64,000 bases of DNA from a bacterium (lineage in GTDB: Bacteria > UBA8248): the NCBI GenBank assembly GCA_965204535.1, contig OZ241996.1, positions 1,280,001 through 1,344,000 on the forward strand. Direction: 5' to 3'. Under the pieces are notes generated by a model that was given only the letters and a program-made list of their open reading frames with translations, had not been told where the DNA came from and made no database searches. The stretch's first letter is position 1, and the number at the start of each line of letters is the position of its first letter. Positions 39,234-48,865 of the stretch are shown here, piece after piece. A program made the translations under genes and the position numbers.

Positions 39234-39572
39234 GGGGCTGTTGAAAAAGCCTGCAATGCGGTCAATGGGACACCGCCTTGCCGAAGGGATTGTAGGGGCC
39301 GCATATATGCGGCCCGAGTGCCGACGGTGAAAAAACAGGGACGCATACTATGTCGGACATATATGTCCGACCTACAAAAACCGCCCCCTCCACGGTCGCG
39401 TCGAATCCTCGTTAATCGGGGTTTTTTCAGCAACCCTATTTTTATCCCTCACCCTGAGTAGCCGCCGAAGGCGGCGTATCGAAGGGCGCTCCCTCTATAC
39501 GGCGCGCAAGCGCGCCTACTCGGGATGAGGGAGGGGTGAAGTCCGACCGAGGATGCCTTTTTCAACAACCCC
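39234..39572. mobile_element. Nested MITE-like element containing a GTAG REP doublet and a CTGAG-type REP doublet
   Basis: Left end GGGGCTGTTGAAAAAGCC; right ends at 39423-39436 and 39555-39572; GTAG...CTAC at 39292-39375; CCTCACCCTGAG...CTCGGGATGAGG at 39447-39530. Confidence 0.7.
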
Positions 39573-39592
39573 TTTCCCGCTCCCGGTTCGTC

Positions 39593-42115
39593 TCACCGGG
39601 CGTAGGCGGCCCTTCGCCCCCTCTTCTCTCGGCCAGAAAATCCGGGCGCAAGGCTCCTGCGAAACGCGCGCCACCCGGCGGCGCCGCTGCCGGGCCAGGC
39701 TTCGGACGCGCGGAACCGCTCGACGGAAAGGTGTCTCCCATCGGGGTCGCCGCCCGCCTGAACGCGGAGCATCCCGCCGCGCCAGGGGCGATACACCCCC
39801 AGCCTTCGCTGTCTTCTACTCGTCTCCCGCCACAAGTCGGCTTTCATCCATTTCACCCTTTGGGGAGCAGCCACGAGGGCGCGGGGCGGACGCGCTTCGA
39901 GCCAGTCGAGGACTTCCCGTTTTCTCATCAAACTCTCGGGCAGGCGCACGAGGTCGTATCTCTTGCCCCGAAACCACTTTGCGTTGAAAGCCGGGTATCT
40001 CGATCGCAGCATGAGCAGCCAGCGCGAGCCGGTGGTTTCGACCTCGAATCCCCTCACGCCTCCTCCCCAGGAACGCAAGGAAACCCGCGCTCCGGCTCCG
40101 CTCATCCGCCAGATGGTGCGTGGGGAATGCCGCCTCCTGAAGCGGGAGTTATACGGCGCGGAAGCGCCGAGGTCGTTGATGCGAAACACGTTTTCGACCC
40201 GGATACCCGTGGCGAACGCATTCGCGGCGAGCCGGTCTTTGGGATACCTGGAGAGGCTGAGCATCGCGCGCCAGGTCAATTGATTCTCCCGGCGCATCAG
40301 GGGAGCGAGCACGTTCCCCCAGGCGTTGAAGCCGCCGGCCCGGCTTCCGGAACCATCCACCACCAAACCCTTTCCATCGGGGAGGCGAAGGAAAAAGGCG
40401 TCCGTGCCTCCGGCGTCGGGCAGAAACAGCGTGGTGTGCTTCGGAGTCACGGGCCGCGCGCCGGCGTCGGGGAGGAGCAGGAAAAACGTGAGGCCGCACA
40501 CGCCCGCCCAGGCGATCCGCCGCCTCTGCGCGCGTCTTGAGCGTAAGCCCAAGGCCATGAGGGCGTAGATCGAGGCGACGAGCCAGACCTGGGGACTCGG
40601 CGCGACGATGGAGGACCAGGGCATTTCAGAGGAATAAGTCGATACGAGAATCATGAATTGCGCGAGGGTGCCGGTGAGCCACGTGGCGGGGAGCAGGAGG
40701 GCGGACGCGCCCGCCGGCAGGACCGCAGCGAGGGCGCTCGCCACGAAAGACAGCGGCACGAGGAGCGAGGCGACGGGGATGAGCAGGAAGTTCACGAGCA
40801 GGCCGATGGGATGCGCCTGATGGAAATGGAGCGCCGTGAGCGGCGTGACCGCGGCGGTGACGACGAGTTGGATGACGGCGAGTTGATGCGCTCGCGCGAA
40901 CCACCACTCTTTCTCCCAGATTTTCAGGCGCGCCTCCGGCCGCGGTAGCCTGTCCGCCGCCAGGATGATGGCGCTTACCGCCACGAAGGAGAGTTGGAAG
41001 CCCACGTCCCAGATGAAGCCAGGCTCGACCAGCAGGATGAGCAGGGCGGCGAGCAGGACGGAGTGGATCGCGCTTCCTGGCCGCTCTAGGAGCCGGGTGA
41101 GGAGGTAGGTGACGATCATGATCGTGGCGCGCACGGTGGATATACGGGCGCCGCTCAAAAGCGCAAAGAGAATCACGAGAGGGATAACGCCGAGCGATGC
41201 GAGTTTGGACGGCGTGAGCACGAACGGGCGCAGGGGAAAAACCCGGGGCGGGAACCTGCGTAGAACGCCTTGCAGGGCGAAGAAGAAAAATGCGGCGATG
41301 AAGCCCACATGCAGGCCGCTGATGGCGAGCAGATGCGCCGCGCCCGATTTTCTGAATGCGTCCTTGAGTTCCGGGTCGATCCCCTCGCGCAACCCGATGG
41401 TCATCGCTTCGATGAGACCGGCGGCGCGTTCGGGGTAGACGGCGTTCATGTGGGCGCTCATGCGCTCGCGGAACTGAAACAAAAGCCGCCGCCAGCCCCA
41501 TTTCTCCCTTGGTTCCAAAACGTGGAGGTTGCGCACGGAACTGTATCCGACGGCGTGGACGCCTCTTAGGCGCAGGAATTCGCGGTAGTCGAACGCGCCG
41601 GGGTTCTTGAAGCGCTCGGGAGGTCTCAGGCGCACGCGCCGGATGAGCAGCCTGTCGCCGACTTCGGGTGTTTTTTCGAGCCGCGAGGCCAGCGTGATCC
41701 GCACGACGCCGGTCATGGGAACCTCGACGCCGCGAATGAGGGCGCGCTCGGCGTCGAGGTAGATGCGCGGTCTGCGCGACGCGCTGGTGTTACGCTCCAC
41801 GGGCCGGGAGAGATGGCCCGTGACGTTCATGCGCTCGTAGGGGATGTGCCGCAGCAGGTGATGCGCGGGCGTGGCGCCGCGATGGAGCGCGGGGGCGGCA
41901 ATAGAGGCGGCGAATCCCAGGAGCAGGAGGAGCACCGCGTGGACGCGCTGCCGCTTCCCCCGGATACGTCTGCTCAAGGCGAGCAGGACCGAGAAGGCCA
42001 GCACGAGCGCAGCGGTGAGGGTGGAGGCGACGTCTTCCCGCTCGAAATCGAAGGAAAGTCCGCCCGTCAACAAACCCGCGATGTAGCCGACAGCCAGCAG
42101 ATGCAGGGGGTGCAC
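39593..42115 (-). CDS. comEC: ComEC/Rec2 DNA uptake channel with a degenerate C-terminal metallo-beta-lactamase domain
   Basis: NPGAFDY, HLLAISGLHVG, RATIM and GFQLSF motifs; many hydrophobic segments. Confidence 0.92.
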   Translation of the reverse strand: MHPLHLLAVGYIAGLLTGGLSFDFEREDVASTLTAALVLAFSVLLALSRRIRGKRQRVHAVLLLLLGFAASIAAPALHRGATPAHHLLRHIPYERMNVTGHLSRPVERNTSASRRPRIYLDAERALIRGVEVPMTGVVRITLASRLEKTPEVGDRLLIRRVRLRPPERFKNPGAFDYREFLRLRGVHAVGYSSVRNLHVLEPREKWGWRRLLFQFRERMSAHMNAVYPERAAGLIEAMTIGLREGIDPELKDAFRKSGAAHLLAISGLHVGFIAAFFFFALQGVLRRFPPRVFPLRPFVLTPSKLASLGVIPLVILFALLSGARISTVRATIMIVTYLLTRLLERPGSAIHSVLLAALLILLVEPGFIWDVGFQLSFVAVSAIILAADRLPRPEARLKIWEKEWWFARAHQLAVIQLVVTAAVTPLTALHFHQAHPIGLLVNFLLIPVASLLVPLSFVASALAAVLPAGASALLLPATWLTGTLAQFMILVSTYSSEMPWSSIVAPSPQVWLVASIYALMALGLRSRRAQRRRIAWAGVCGLTFFLLLPDAGARPVTPKHTTLFLPDAGGTDAFFLRLPDGKGLVVDGSGSRAGGFNAWGNVLAPLMRRENQLTWRAMLSLSRYPKDRLAANAFATGIRVENVFRINDLGASAPYNSRFRRRHSPRTIWRMSGAGARVSLRSWGGGVRGFEVETTGSRWLLMLRSRYPAFNAKWFRGKRYDLVRLPESLMRKREVLDWLEARPPRALVAAPQRVKWMKADLWRETSRRQRRLGVYRPWRGGMLRVQAGGDPDGRHLSVERFRASEAWPGSGAAGWRAFRRSLAPGFSGREKRGRRAAYAR

Positions 42116-42174
42116 GTTCTCTCCATGTAAGGAATACGCCTATCCTACATCAAAATGCGCCGCGGGCGCATTCC

Positions 42175-42432
42175 GGGGTTGTTGAAAAAGCCCGCCTGCG
42201 ACTCCCGCAAACCGTCAACGTCTCTTTCCTCACCCTGAGTCGCCGCCGGAGGCGGCGTATCGAAGGGCGAGGGGAGCAGAACGCCTCGCGCCGAGCGAGA
42301 GGGCATCCTTCGATACGGCGCTTACGCGCCTACTCAGGATGAGGGGTGTCGGAGAACGGCGGAGCCTGTCCCGAGCGAAGTCGAGGGGCCGCTAGTCAGG
42401 ATGAAGCGGAGAGGGGTTATTCAACAGGCCCC
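42175..42432. mobile_element. MITE-like element with a CTGAG-type REP doublet
   Basis: GGGGTTGTTGAAAAAGCC...TTATTCAACAGGCCCC; 42228-42267 matches 39447-39486 at 38/40. Confidence 0.7.
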
Positions 42433-42588
42433 TCAAGGGGGGGAGTGAGTCTCCTGCCTCCTCAGTCGGCTCCATACGCCGAATCACGAAATCATGTTTT
42501 TCAATATCCCCGTTCTCCTTCGACTTCCCGCCTGCTCGTGGTAGGCTTCGCCCCGGACGAATGGAAGGGTTCTTTTCAGAGGATGACG

Positions 42589-43587
42589 ATGCGCGAGCGC
42601 ACCCTGGGGAATACGGGTATATCGGTGTCCGAGATAGGTTTCGGCACGGGCGGCATCAGCCGTCTGATGGTGGGCGACGACCACGAGGCGCAGCTTCGCG
42701 CGGTACGCGGCGCACTGGACGGCGGCGTGAATTTCTTCGATACGGCGATGGGCTACGGGAGCGGCAAATCGGAAGCCAACCTGGGCGCCGCGCTCAAGAG
42801 ATTGGGAGCAGAAGTCGTCCTCACGACGAAGATCCGCCTCACCGCCCAAGAGCGCGAAGCGCCCGAAGCGGCGGTGGTCGCCTCGGTGGAGAAGAGTCTG
42901 GAGCGTTTGGGCCGACCCCACGTCGACCTGATCCAGATCCATAACTACGTGGCCCCCGAGCGGAACTGGCCGGTGGGGGAGGTGGCCTTCGATCTCTCTG
43001 ATATCTATCGCGCAGGCGGCGTGCTCGATGGTTTCAAGGAATTGCGCGATCGCGGGCTCGTGCGTTTTTTCGGGTTCACCGGCATCGGGCATCCCGCCTT
43101 GCTGAACGAGATGGTCGACAGCGGCGAATTTCACACGGTGCAGGTGTATTTCAATCTGCTCAACCCGAGCGCGGCGTATCCCGTCCCCGAAAGTTTCAGC
43201 GCGGTGGATTACGACCTGCTCATCGAGCGTGCCGCGTCCATCGGGATGGGGGTGCTGGCGATTCGCGCCCTGGCATTGGGTGCGCTGACCGCCGAGCCGA
43301 ACCTGCTAGGGTTTCTGGACGAGCGCCCGCCGGTTCTCTCGCTCGACTCGGAATACGATAAAGACGTAGAGCGCGCGGAGAAGCTCGCGTTCCTCGTTCG
43401 CGAGGATTGCACGCTGGCGCAGGCCGCGCTTCGATTTGTCTTGAGCCACGATGAGGTCTCTTGCGCGCTGGTGGGTTTCTCGGGCGAGGAGCAACTCGCA
43501 GAAGCGCTCACCGGTGCAGACGCCGGTCCTCTGACAAGAGATGAAATGCAGAGACTTGAAAAAATCTGGCAAAACGATTTCGCCTAG
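42589..43587 (+). CDS. Aldo/keto reductase
   Basis: LGNTGISVSEIGFG, FFDTAMGYG, TTK and DLIQIH motifs. Confidence 0.93.
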   Translation: MRERTLGNTGISVSEIGFGTGGISRLMVGDDHEAQLRAVRGALDGGVNFFDTAMGYGSGKSEANLGAALKRLGAEVVLTTKIRLTAQEREAPEAAVVASVEKSLERLGRPHVDLIQIHNYVAPERNWPVGEVAFDLSDIYRAGGVLDGFKELRDRGLVRFFGFTGIGHPALLNEMVDSGEFHTVQVYFNLLNPSAAYPVPESFSAVDYDLLIERAASIGMGVLAIRALALGALTAEPNLLGFLDERPPVLSLDSEYDKDVERAEKLAFLVREDCTLAQAALRFVLSHDEVSCALVGFSGEEQLAEALTGADAGPLTRDEMQRLEKIWQNDFA

Positions 43588-43614
43588 GCGCAGAGCTAAC
43601 CGATCGCTGAATTC

Positions 43615-44862
43615 ATGGACACTCCCCAAAAAGCGCGCATGAGCCAGGCGTCCCTGTGGGTGCTGAGCTTCTCCCTGCTTCCCATCATGTTCGTCTACGC
43701 CAACTACCCGACCGCCATCCCGATCCTGAAGGCGGAATGGTCCCTCACCAATGCGGACGCCGGCGTTATTTATTTTGCCTTTTACGTGGGCTACGTCGTC
43801 GCCTCCGCCGTGCTCACCGGGGCGACCGACTATTTCAGTGCGAGAACGATATATCTCTTCTCGGCCGCCTGGCTCGGCCTCACGAACCTCATGTTTCCTT
43901 TTTTTGCCGAGGGTCTTTGGACGGCCGCTCTTCTCCGGTGCGCGTGCGGCGTGGGGCTTGCGGGCGTGTTCGGCCCGGGATTGCGCCTCGTGGCCGAGAA
44001 CGCCTCGCCGGGAATGCGTGCGAAGACTGTGTCCGGTTACGCTTTCTTCTTCAGTTTCAGCGTTTCGGTTTCGATGTTCCTGACAGGCTACCTGCTTCCC
44101 GATTTCGGCTGGCGCTTTACCTTCGCCGTGGGCTCACTCGGCCCGGTTGTCGGCATCTTGATGGTGCTGCTCCGGGTGCCCGACCCCGGCAGGGAGGAGG
44201 CGGGAAGCGGTGAGAAATTCACCTTCCCCCGCCTGCCGCTCAGGTGCTGGGTGCTCATCGGCTCCTACGTCATGCACCGCTGGGAGTTGTTCGCCTTCAG
44301 GGGGTGGGGCGTCACGTTCCTGGCCTCGGCGTTCGTGGCGCATGGCCTGCCGAGAGGTGACGCCGTGGACAACGCGGCCACGGCCTTGGCGTTCATGATC
44401 GCGATTTCCGCTTTTTCGAACTTCATCGGCGCATGGTCGGCCGACAGGTTCGGAAGGCTCCCGAGCATCGGGGGCAGTATGTTCTTGAGCGGCGCAATGA
44501 CGTACGGGATAGGATATCTCTTTCACGCGCCGATACCGGTTCTGCTGATCGTGGCGCTTGTCTGGGCGGTGACGATGGCCGTGGATGCGACGGTATTCCT
44601 GGTCGTGATGAGCGAAATCGCGCCAAAGCGCCACCTGGGCACGGCGCTGGGCTGCCTGGCCGGGTTCGGCTTTCTGTTCGGCGCGCTCTCCTCTATCGAG
44701 GTGGGCTACATTCTGGACGTCACGAATCCCGGCTCTCGGGGCGAGGTTCTGCCCACGGAATGGACGGCGGCCTGGGCGTCGGTGGGCGTGGCCGTCTGGA
44801 TTGGCCTGGGCGGAATCGTCTGGCTTTCCCGTATAATGAAGAGGCGGGCGCAGGATGCTTGA
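43615..44862 (+). CDS. MFS transporter
   Basis: About 12 hydrophobic segments; GAWSADRFGR motif. Confidence 0.92.
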   Translation: MDTPQKARMSQASLWVLSFSLLPIMFVYANYPTAIPILKAEWSLTNADAGVIYFAFYVGYVVASAVLTGATDYFSARTIYLFSAAWLGLTNLMFPFFAEGLWTAALLRCACGVGLAGVFGPGLRLVAENASPGMRAKTVSGYAFFFSFSVSVSMFLTGYLLPDFGWRFTFAVGSLGPVVGILMVLLRVPDPGREEAGSGEKFTFPRLPLRCWVLIGSYVMHRWELFAFRGWGVTFLASAFVAHGLPRGDAVDNAATALAFMIAISAFSNFIGAWSADRFGRLPSIGGSMFLSGAMTYGIGYLFHAPIPVLLIVALVWAVTMAVDATVFLVVMSEIAPKRHLGTALGCLAGFGFLFGALSSIEVGYILDVTNPGSRGEVLPTEWTAAWASVGVAVWIGLGGIVWLSRIMKRRAQDA

Positions 44863-44947
44863 ATTCCGGTTGCGAAGCTTATACGCTCCCGCGCCAGTGA
44901 GGAGATTCGTGAATTCAGGCGCGGACATGAATGAAGGATAAGAAATC

Positions 44948-46732
44948 TTGAGCGAGCTTTTGGAGAAAGGAAGAACCCACGACTGCGGAACGCTTCGCGC
45001 CACAGATGTAGGCAGCGAAGTCGTCCTGATGGGCTGGGCGGGGTCGAACCGCGACCACGGCGGGCTGATTTTCATCGATTTGCGCGACCGCTACGGCGTC
45101 ACCCAGGTGGTGGCCGACCCCTCCTATGACGAGGCGTCCCATGCCCTCGCCGAGCGGGTGCGCGGCGAATGGGTGCTCGCCGTTCAGGGGGTCGTCATCG
45201 AACGCCCCGAGGGGATGGCGAACCCGAATCTCGATACCGGCGAAATCGAGGTCCGGATAACGAAACTCGAAGTCCTGAGCGAGGCGAGAACGCCGCCTTT
45301 CGAGATAGAGGACGACTCCGACGCCGGCGAAGCGCTGCGCCTCCAGTACCGCTACCTGGACCTCAGGCGCTCCGCATTGCGCGAGAATTTCATCAAGCGT
45401 CATCAGGCGACCCAGGTGATTCGCAATTTCCTGACGGAAAACCACTTCGTCGACGTGGAGACCCCGGTGCTCACCAGGAGCACGCCCGAGGGGGCGAGGG
45501 ATTACCTGGTGCCGAGCCGGCTCGCGCGCGGTAGCTTCTTTGCACTCCCCCAGAGTCCCCAGATGTTCAAGCAGATTTTGATGGTCGCGGGCTTTGATCG
45601 CTACTACCAGATCGTCAGATGCTTCCGGGACGAGGACTTGCGTGCCGATAGGCAGCCCGAGTTCACGCAAATCGACGTCGAATGCTCTTTCCTGAACCGC
45701 GATACCTTTTTCGGCCTCATGGAAGGTCTGGTGGCCCGGATATGGAAAGAGGTGGGCGGGGTCGAAATCGAGACGCCCTTCGAGCGGGTACCCTACGCGG
45801 AGGCGATAGCGCAGTACGGGACCGACAGGCCGGACAGGCGCTTCGGCATGAAGCTGGCCACCTTCACCGACGTGGCGCAGGCGAGCGAGTTCAAGGTGTT
45901 CAAGGGGGCGGTGGAAAAAGGGGGCGTGGCGCGCGCCATGGCGGGGCCGGGCATGGCGTCGGCCTCAAGAAAGGAGATTGACGATATCATCGCGCGCGCA
46001 CAGGAGTTGGGCGCAGGCGGTCTCGCCTGGGCGAAGCGCACCGAAAACGGGTATGAGTCGAACATCACCAAGTTCTTTCTGGACGGCCAGTTGGAGGAGG
46101 TCGGCGCGCGGGCGGGCGTGGAAGTCGGCGATCTGTTGATGATGGTGGCCGATGCGCCGGCGGTGAGCGCCTCGGTGCTGGGCCAACTCCGCGAAGAAAT
46201 CGGCGCGCGTCTGGGCCTCGTTTCCCGCGACGATGGGGAATTCGATTTTTGCTGGGTCGTGGATTTCCCGCTTCTCGAATACGACGAGGCAGAGAAGCGG
46301 TTTCATGCGCTTCACCACCCCTTCACCGCGCCCGTGCCCGAGGACGTAGCACTTTTCGATTCCGACCCCGGCGCCATCCGCTCCCAGGCCTACGACATGG
46401 TGGTGAACGGGAACGAGATCGGCGGCGGCAGCCAGAGGATCCACCAGCGCGAGGTGCAGCAGAAGATGTTCGCCGCCCTGGACATGGATGAAGATGAGGC
46501 GCAGCGGCGCTTCGGCTTCTTCATGGAAGCGCTCGAATTCGGCACGCCGCCTCACGGGGGGATCGCGTTCGGCCTGGACCGCATCATGATGCTGTTGACG
46601 GGCGCTCCCTCCATCCGCGACGTCATCGCGTTCCCCAAGACACAGAAAGCCACCTGCCTAATGACCGGCGCGCCGGCCTCTGTCGAACGCCTCCAGCTCC
46701 GGGAGCTGGGCATCGACGGGGCGTTTCGGTAG
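44948..46732 (+). CDS. aspS: Aspartate--tRNA ligase, probably non-discriminating (Asp/Asn)
   Basis: RDHGG and RPEG (His/Gly determinants of the non-discriminating type), LPQSPQ, FRDED and PPHGGIAFG motifs. Confidence 0.97.
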   Translation: MSELLEKGRTHDCGTLRATDVGSEVVLMGWAGSNRDHGGLIFIDLRDRYGVTQVVADPSYDEASHALAERVRGEWVLAVQGVVIERPEGMANPNLDTGEIEVRITKLEVLSEARTPPFEIEDDSDAGEALRLQYRYLDLRRSALRENFIKRHQATQVIRNFLTENHFVDVETPVLTRSTPEGARDYLVPSRLARGSFFALPQSPQMFKQILMVAGFDRYYQIVRCFRDEDLRADRQPEFTQIDVECSFLNRDTFFGLMEGLVARIWKEVGGVEIETPFERVPYAEAIAQYGTDRPDRRFGMKLATFTDVAQASEFKVFKGAVEKGGVARAMAGPGMASASRKEIDDIIARAQELGAGGLAWAKRTENGYESNITKFFLDGQLEEVGARAGVEVGDLLMMVADAPAVSASVLGQLREEIGARLGLVSRDDGEFDFCWVVDFPLLEYDEAEKRFHALHHPFTAPVPEDVALFDSDPGAIRSQAYDMVVNGNEIGGGSQRIHQREVQQKMFAALDMDEDEAQRRFGFFMEALEFGTPPHGGIAFGLDRIMMLLTGAPSIRDVIAFPKTQKATCLMTGAPASVERLQLRELGIDGAFR

Positions 46733-46741
46733 GGCGTCAGG

Positions 46742-47731
46742 GTGTCGGCGAAGAAGAGGACCTCTCGAAGACGGGACGACGCGCGCACGCTCGATCTCGA
46801 GAAAATCTTGAGAAGCGGCGATGCGCGCCACGAGACGCCGGAGGGGTTTCGCTCCGGCTTCATCGCCATCATCGGCCGCCCGAACGTGGGCAAATCCACC
46901 CTGCTCAACCGCATCCTGGGCGAAAAACTCGCCATCGTCACCCGAAAGCCCGGAACCACGAGGCGCAGGCTTCTCGGCGTGCTGAACGCCGAAAACGCGC
47001 AGGCGGCTTTTTTCGATACACCGGGTCTTGAGCGCCCCGCCTCAAAACTCGGGCGCTTTCTGCTTGAAGAGGTGAAGGCTGCCTGCGCGGGGGCGGACCT
47101 CGCCCTGTTCATGACGGACGACGCCGAGGGGGAGGTGGACGAAAACGCGCTCGCTTTGATCGAGGATGCGGGTGTGCCCGCGTTTCTCGTCATCAACAAG
47201 GTGGACCGGTTGAAGGACAAGACGAAACTCCTGCCCGTTCTGGCGAAATACGCCGAAGACGAGGGGTTCGAGAGCGCCTATCCCATCTCGGCGCTCAAGG
47301 GGGACAACGTGGAGCCGCTGGTGGAAGAGATCATCCAGGCGCTTCCGGAAGGCCCCAGATATTTCTCTCCCGACATGACGACGGACGTGAGCGAAGCGCT
47401 CCTGATAGAGGAATTCGTTCGCGAGCAGGTGTACCGCCTGCTGCACAAGGAGATTCCCTACGCCGTGGCGGTGAAGGTGCGCGAGATGGAGCGCGCCGGG
47501 CGTTCCGGCCTGTTGCACGTCGAGGCGGAAATCTACGTGGAGCGGAAGAGCCAGCGGGGCATTCTGGTGGGCAAGGGAGGCGCGCTGATCAAGAAGATCG
47601 GAGAATTATCGAGAAAGGAGATCGAACGGCGACTGGGCGAGCAGATATATCTCGGCCTCAAGGTGGGCATCAAGCCGAACTGGCGGCAAAAGGATGCCGC
47701 GCTTTCCGAACTTGGGTATGAGAATGTCTAG
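46742..47731 (+). CDS. era: GTPase Era
   Basis: GRPNVGKS, DTPG, NKVD, EIPY and KH GILVGKGG motifs. Confidence 0.96.
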   Translation: MSAKKRTSRRRDDARTLDLEKILRSGDARHETPEGFRSGFIAIIGRPNVGKSTLLNRILGEKLAIVTRKPGTTRRRLLGVLNAENAQAAFFDTPGLERPASKLGRFLLEEVKAACAGADLALFMTDDAEGEVDENALALIEDAGVPAFLVINKVDRLKDKTKLLPVLAKYAEDEGFESAYPISALKGDNVEPLVEEIIQALPEGPRYFSPDMTTDVSEALLIEEFVREQVYRLLHKEIPYAVAVKVREMERAGRSGLLHVEAEIYVERKSQRGILVGKGGALIKKIGELSRKEIERRLGEQIYLGLKVGIKPNWRQKDAALSELGYENV

Positions 47732-47733
47732 GC

Positions 47734-47922
47734 TTAGCGGTTCTGGGCGCGCATGCGCTTTTTGTGCGCGGCGAGTATCTTTCTCTTGCGCTTTACGCTG
47801 GGCTTCTCATAGTACTCGCGCTTTTTGATTTCCGTGAGAATGCCTGATTTTTCGCATTGTTTCTTGAATTGTTTCAAAGCCTTGTCGATGGATTCACCCT
47901 CGTGTACTTTTACTCCCGGCAT
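47734..47922 (-). CDS. rpsU: 30S ribosomal protein S21
   Basis: [12 protein letters not shown]...REYYEKPS; AGGAGG RBS. Confidence 0.97.
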   Translation of the reverse strand: MPGVKVHEGESIDKALKQFKKQCEKSGILTEIKKREYYEKPSVKRKRKILAAHKKRMRAQNR

Positions 47923-48049
47923 ATTGGTTTCGTTCCTCCTGTTTGCGGTAACTGGCGTTAGAAAATAGAATCGTTCCGGTCGCAAACTATCTCGCATCCG
48001 CCCGGTTTCGTCAAGACCCCCAAAAGAAGACCTGTCGGGAGGCGTTTTC

Positions 48050-48802
48050 TTGGCCATTCTGAACGACGAAGCCATCGTCCTGGGCGCGCGCCCGTTCTCG
48101 AACACGAGCCTGATCGTGACGTTTCTGACCAACGAGCAGGGAAAAGTGCGCCTGGTGGCCAAGGGCGCGCGATCGGCGAAGTCGAGGATGGGCGTGGGAC
48201 TCGAACCGGCGAGCGTGAATCATGTCGAGTGGAGCCGGCGCACGGGTTCCGGTTTGGGGACGATGCGAAAATGCGAGACGACACGGGTTTATCAAAGACT
48301 CTGGAAGAACTATGAGGCCATGCGGATGTCGTCGCGTTTATTGAAGATACTCGATGCGGTGTTGGGCGTGGACGAGGGTGAGCCCGCGCACTACCTGTTG
48401 CTCAAGTCCTCGCTCGAAGCGCTGGAGGCGGGCGCGGGCGCGGCGAGCATGGAGGGGGTCTTCCTCCTCATGCTGCTCAAGACGATGGGTCTCGACCCGA
48501 GCCTTGATTATTGCGCGGCGTGCGAAAAAAGACCAGGGAGCGAGACGGCGCGTTTCGATATCGCCACGGGCGAGCTTCGCTGCGCGAGGTGTCCGGAGCC
48601 CGCTGGCCGGGAGGCGCGCCTGCGCGCCGGCGCCGTCGCCGCGATGAGAGAGGTTTTTCGCCTGACGCCTGAGAAGTGTTTTTCCATCCGGTTCGCCGCA
48701 CCCCTGGAGCGTGAGATCATCGGGTGTGCGGAGGCGTTTCTGCAATATCACGGTGGCAAGAGCTTGCCGAGACGCTCCGGCCAAACCTCCGTTTCGCGTT
48801 GA
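48050..48802 (+). CDS. recO: DNA repair protein RecO
   Basis: [22 protein letters not shown] and Zn finger CxxC...CxxC. Confidence 0.92.
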   Translation: MAILNDEAIVLGARPFSNTSLIVTFLTNEQGKVRLVAKGARSAKSRMGVGLEPASVNHVEWSRRTGSGLGTMRKCETTRVYQRLWKNYEAMRMSSRLLKILDAVLGVDEGEPAHYLLLKSSLEALEAGAGAASMEGVFLLMLLKTMGLDPSLDYCAACEKRPGSETARFDIATGELRCARCPEPAGREARLRAGAVAAMREVFRLTPEKCFSIRFAAPLEREIIGCAEAFLQYHGGKSLPRRSGQTSVSR

Positions 48803-48865
48803 CGGAATCCCGCCGGAGGAGTATTTGTTCCCTCGTTTCGGAGGTGATTTTTCGATGAGGTCGAT

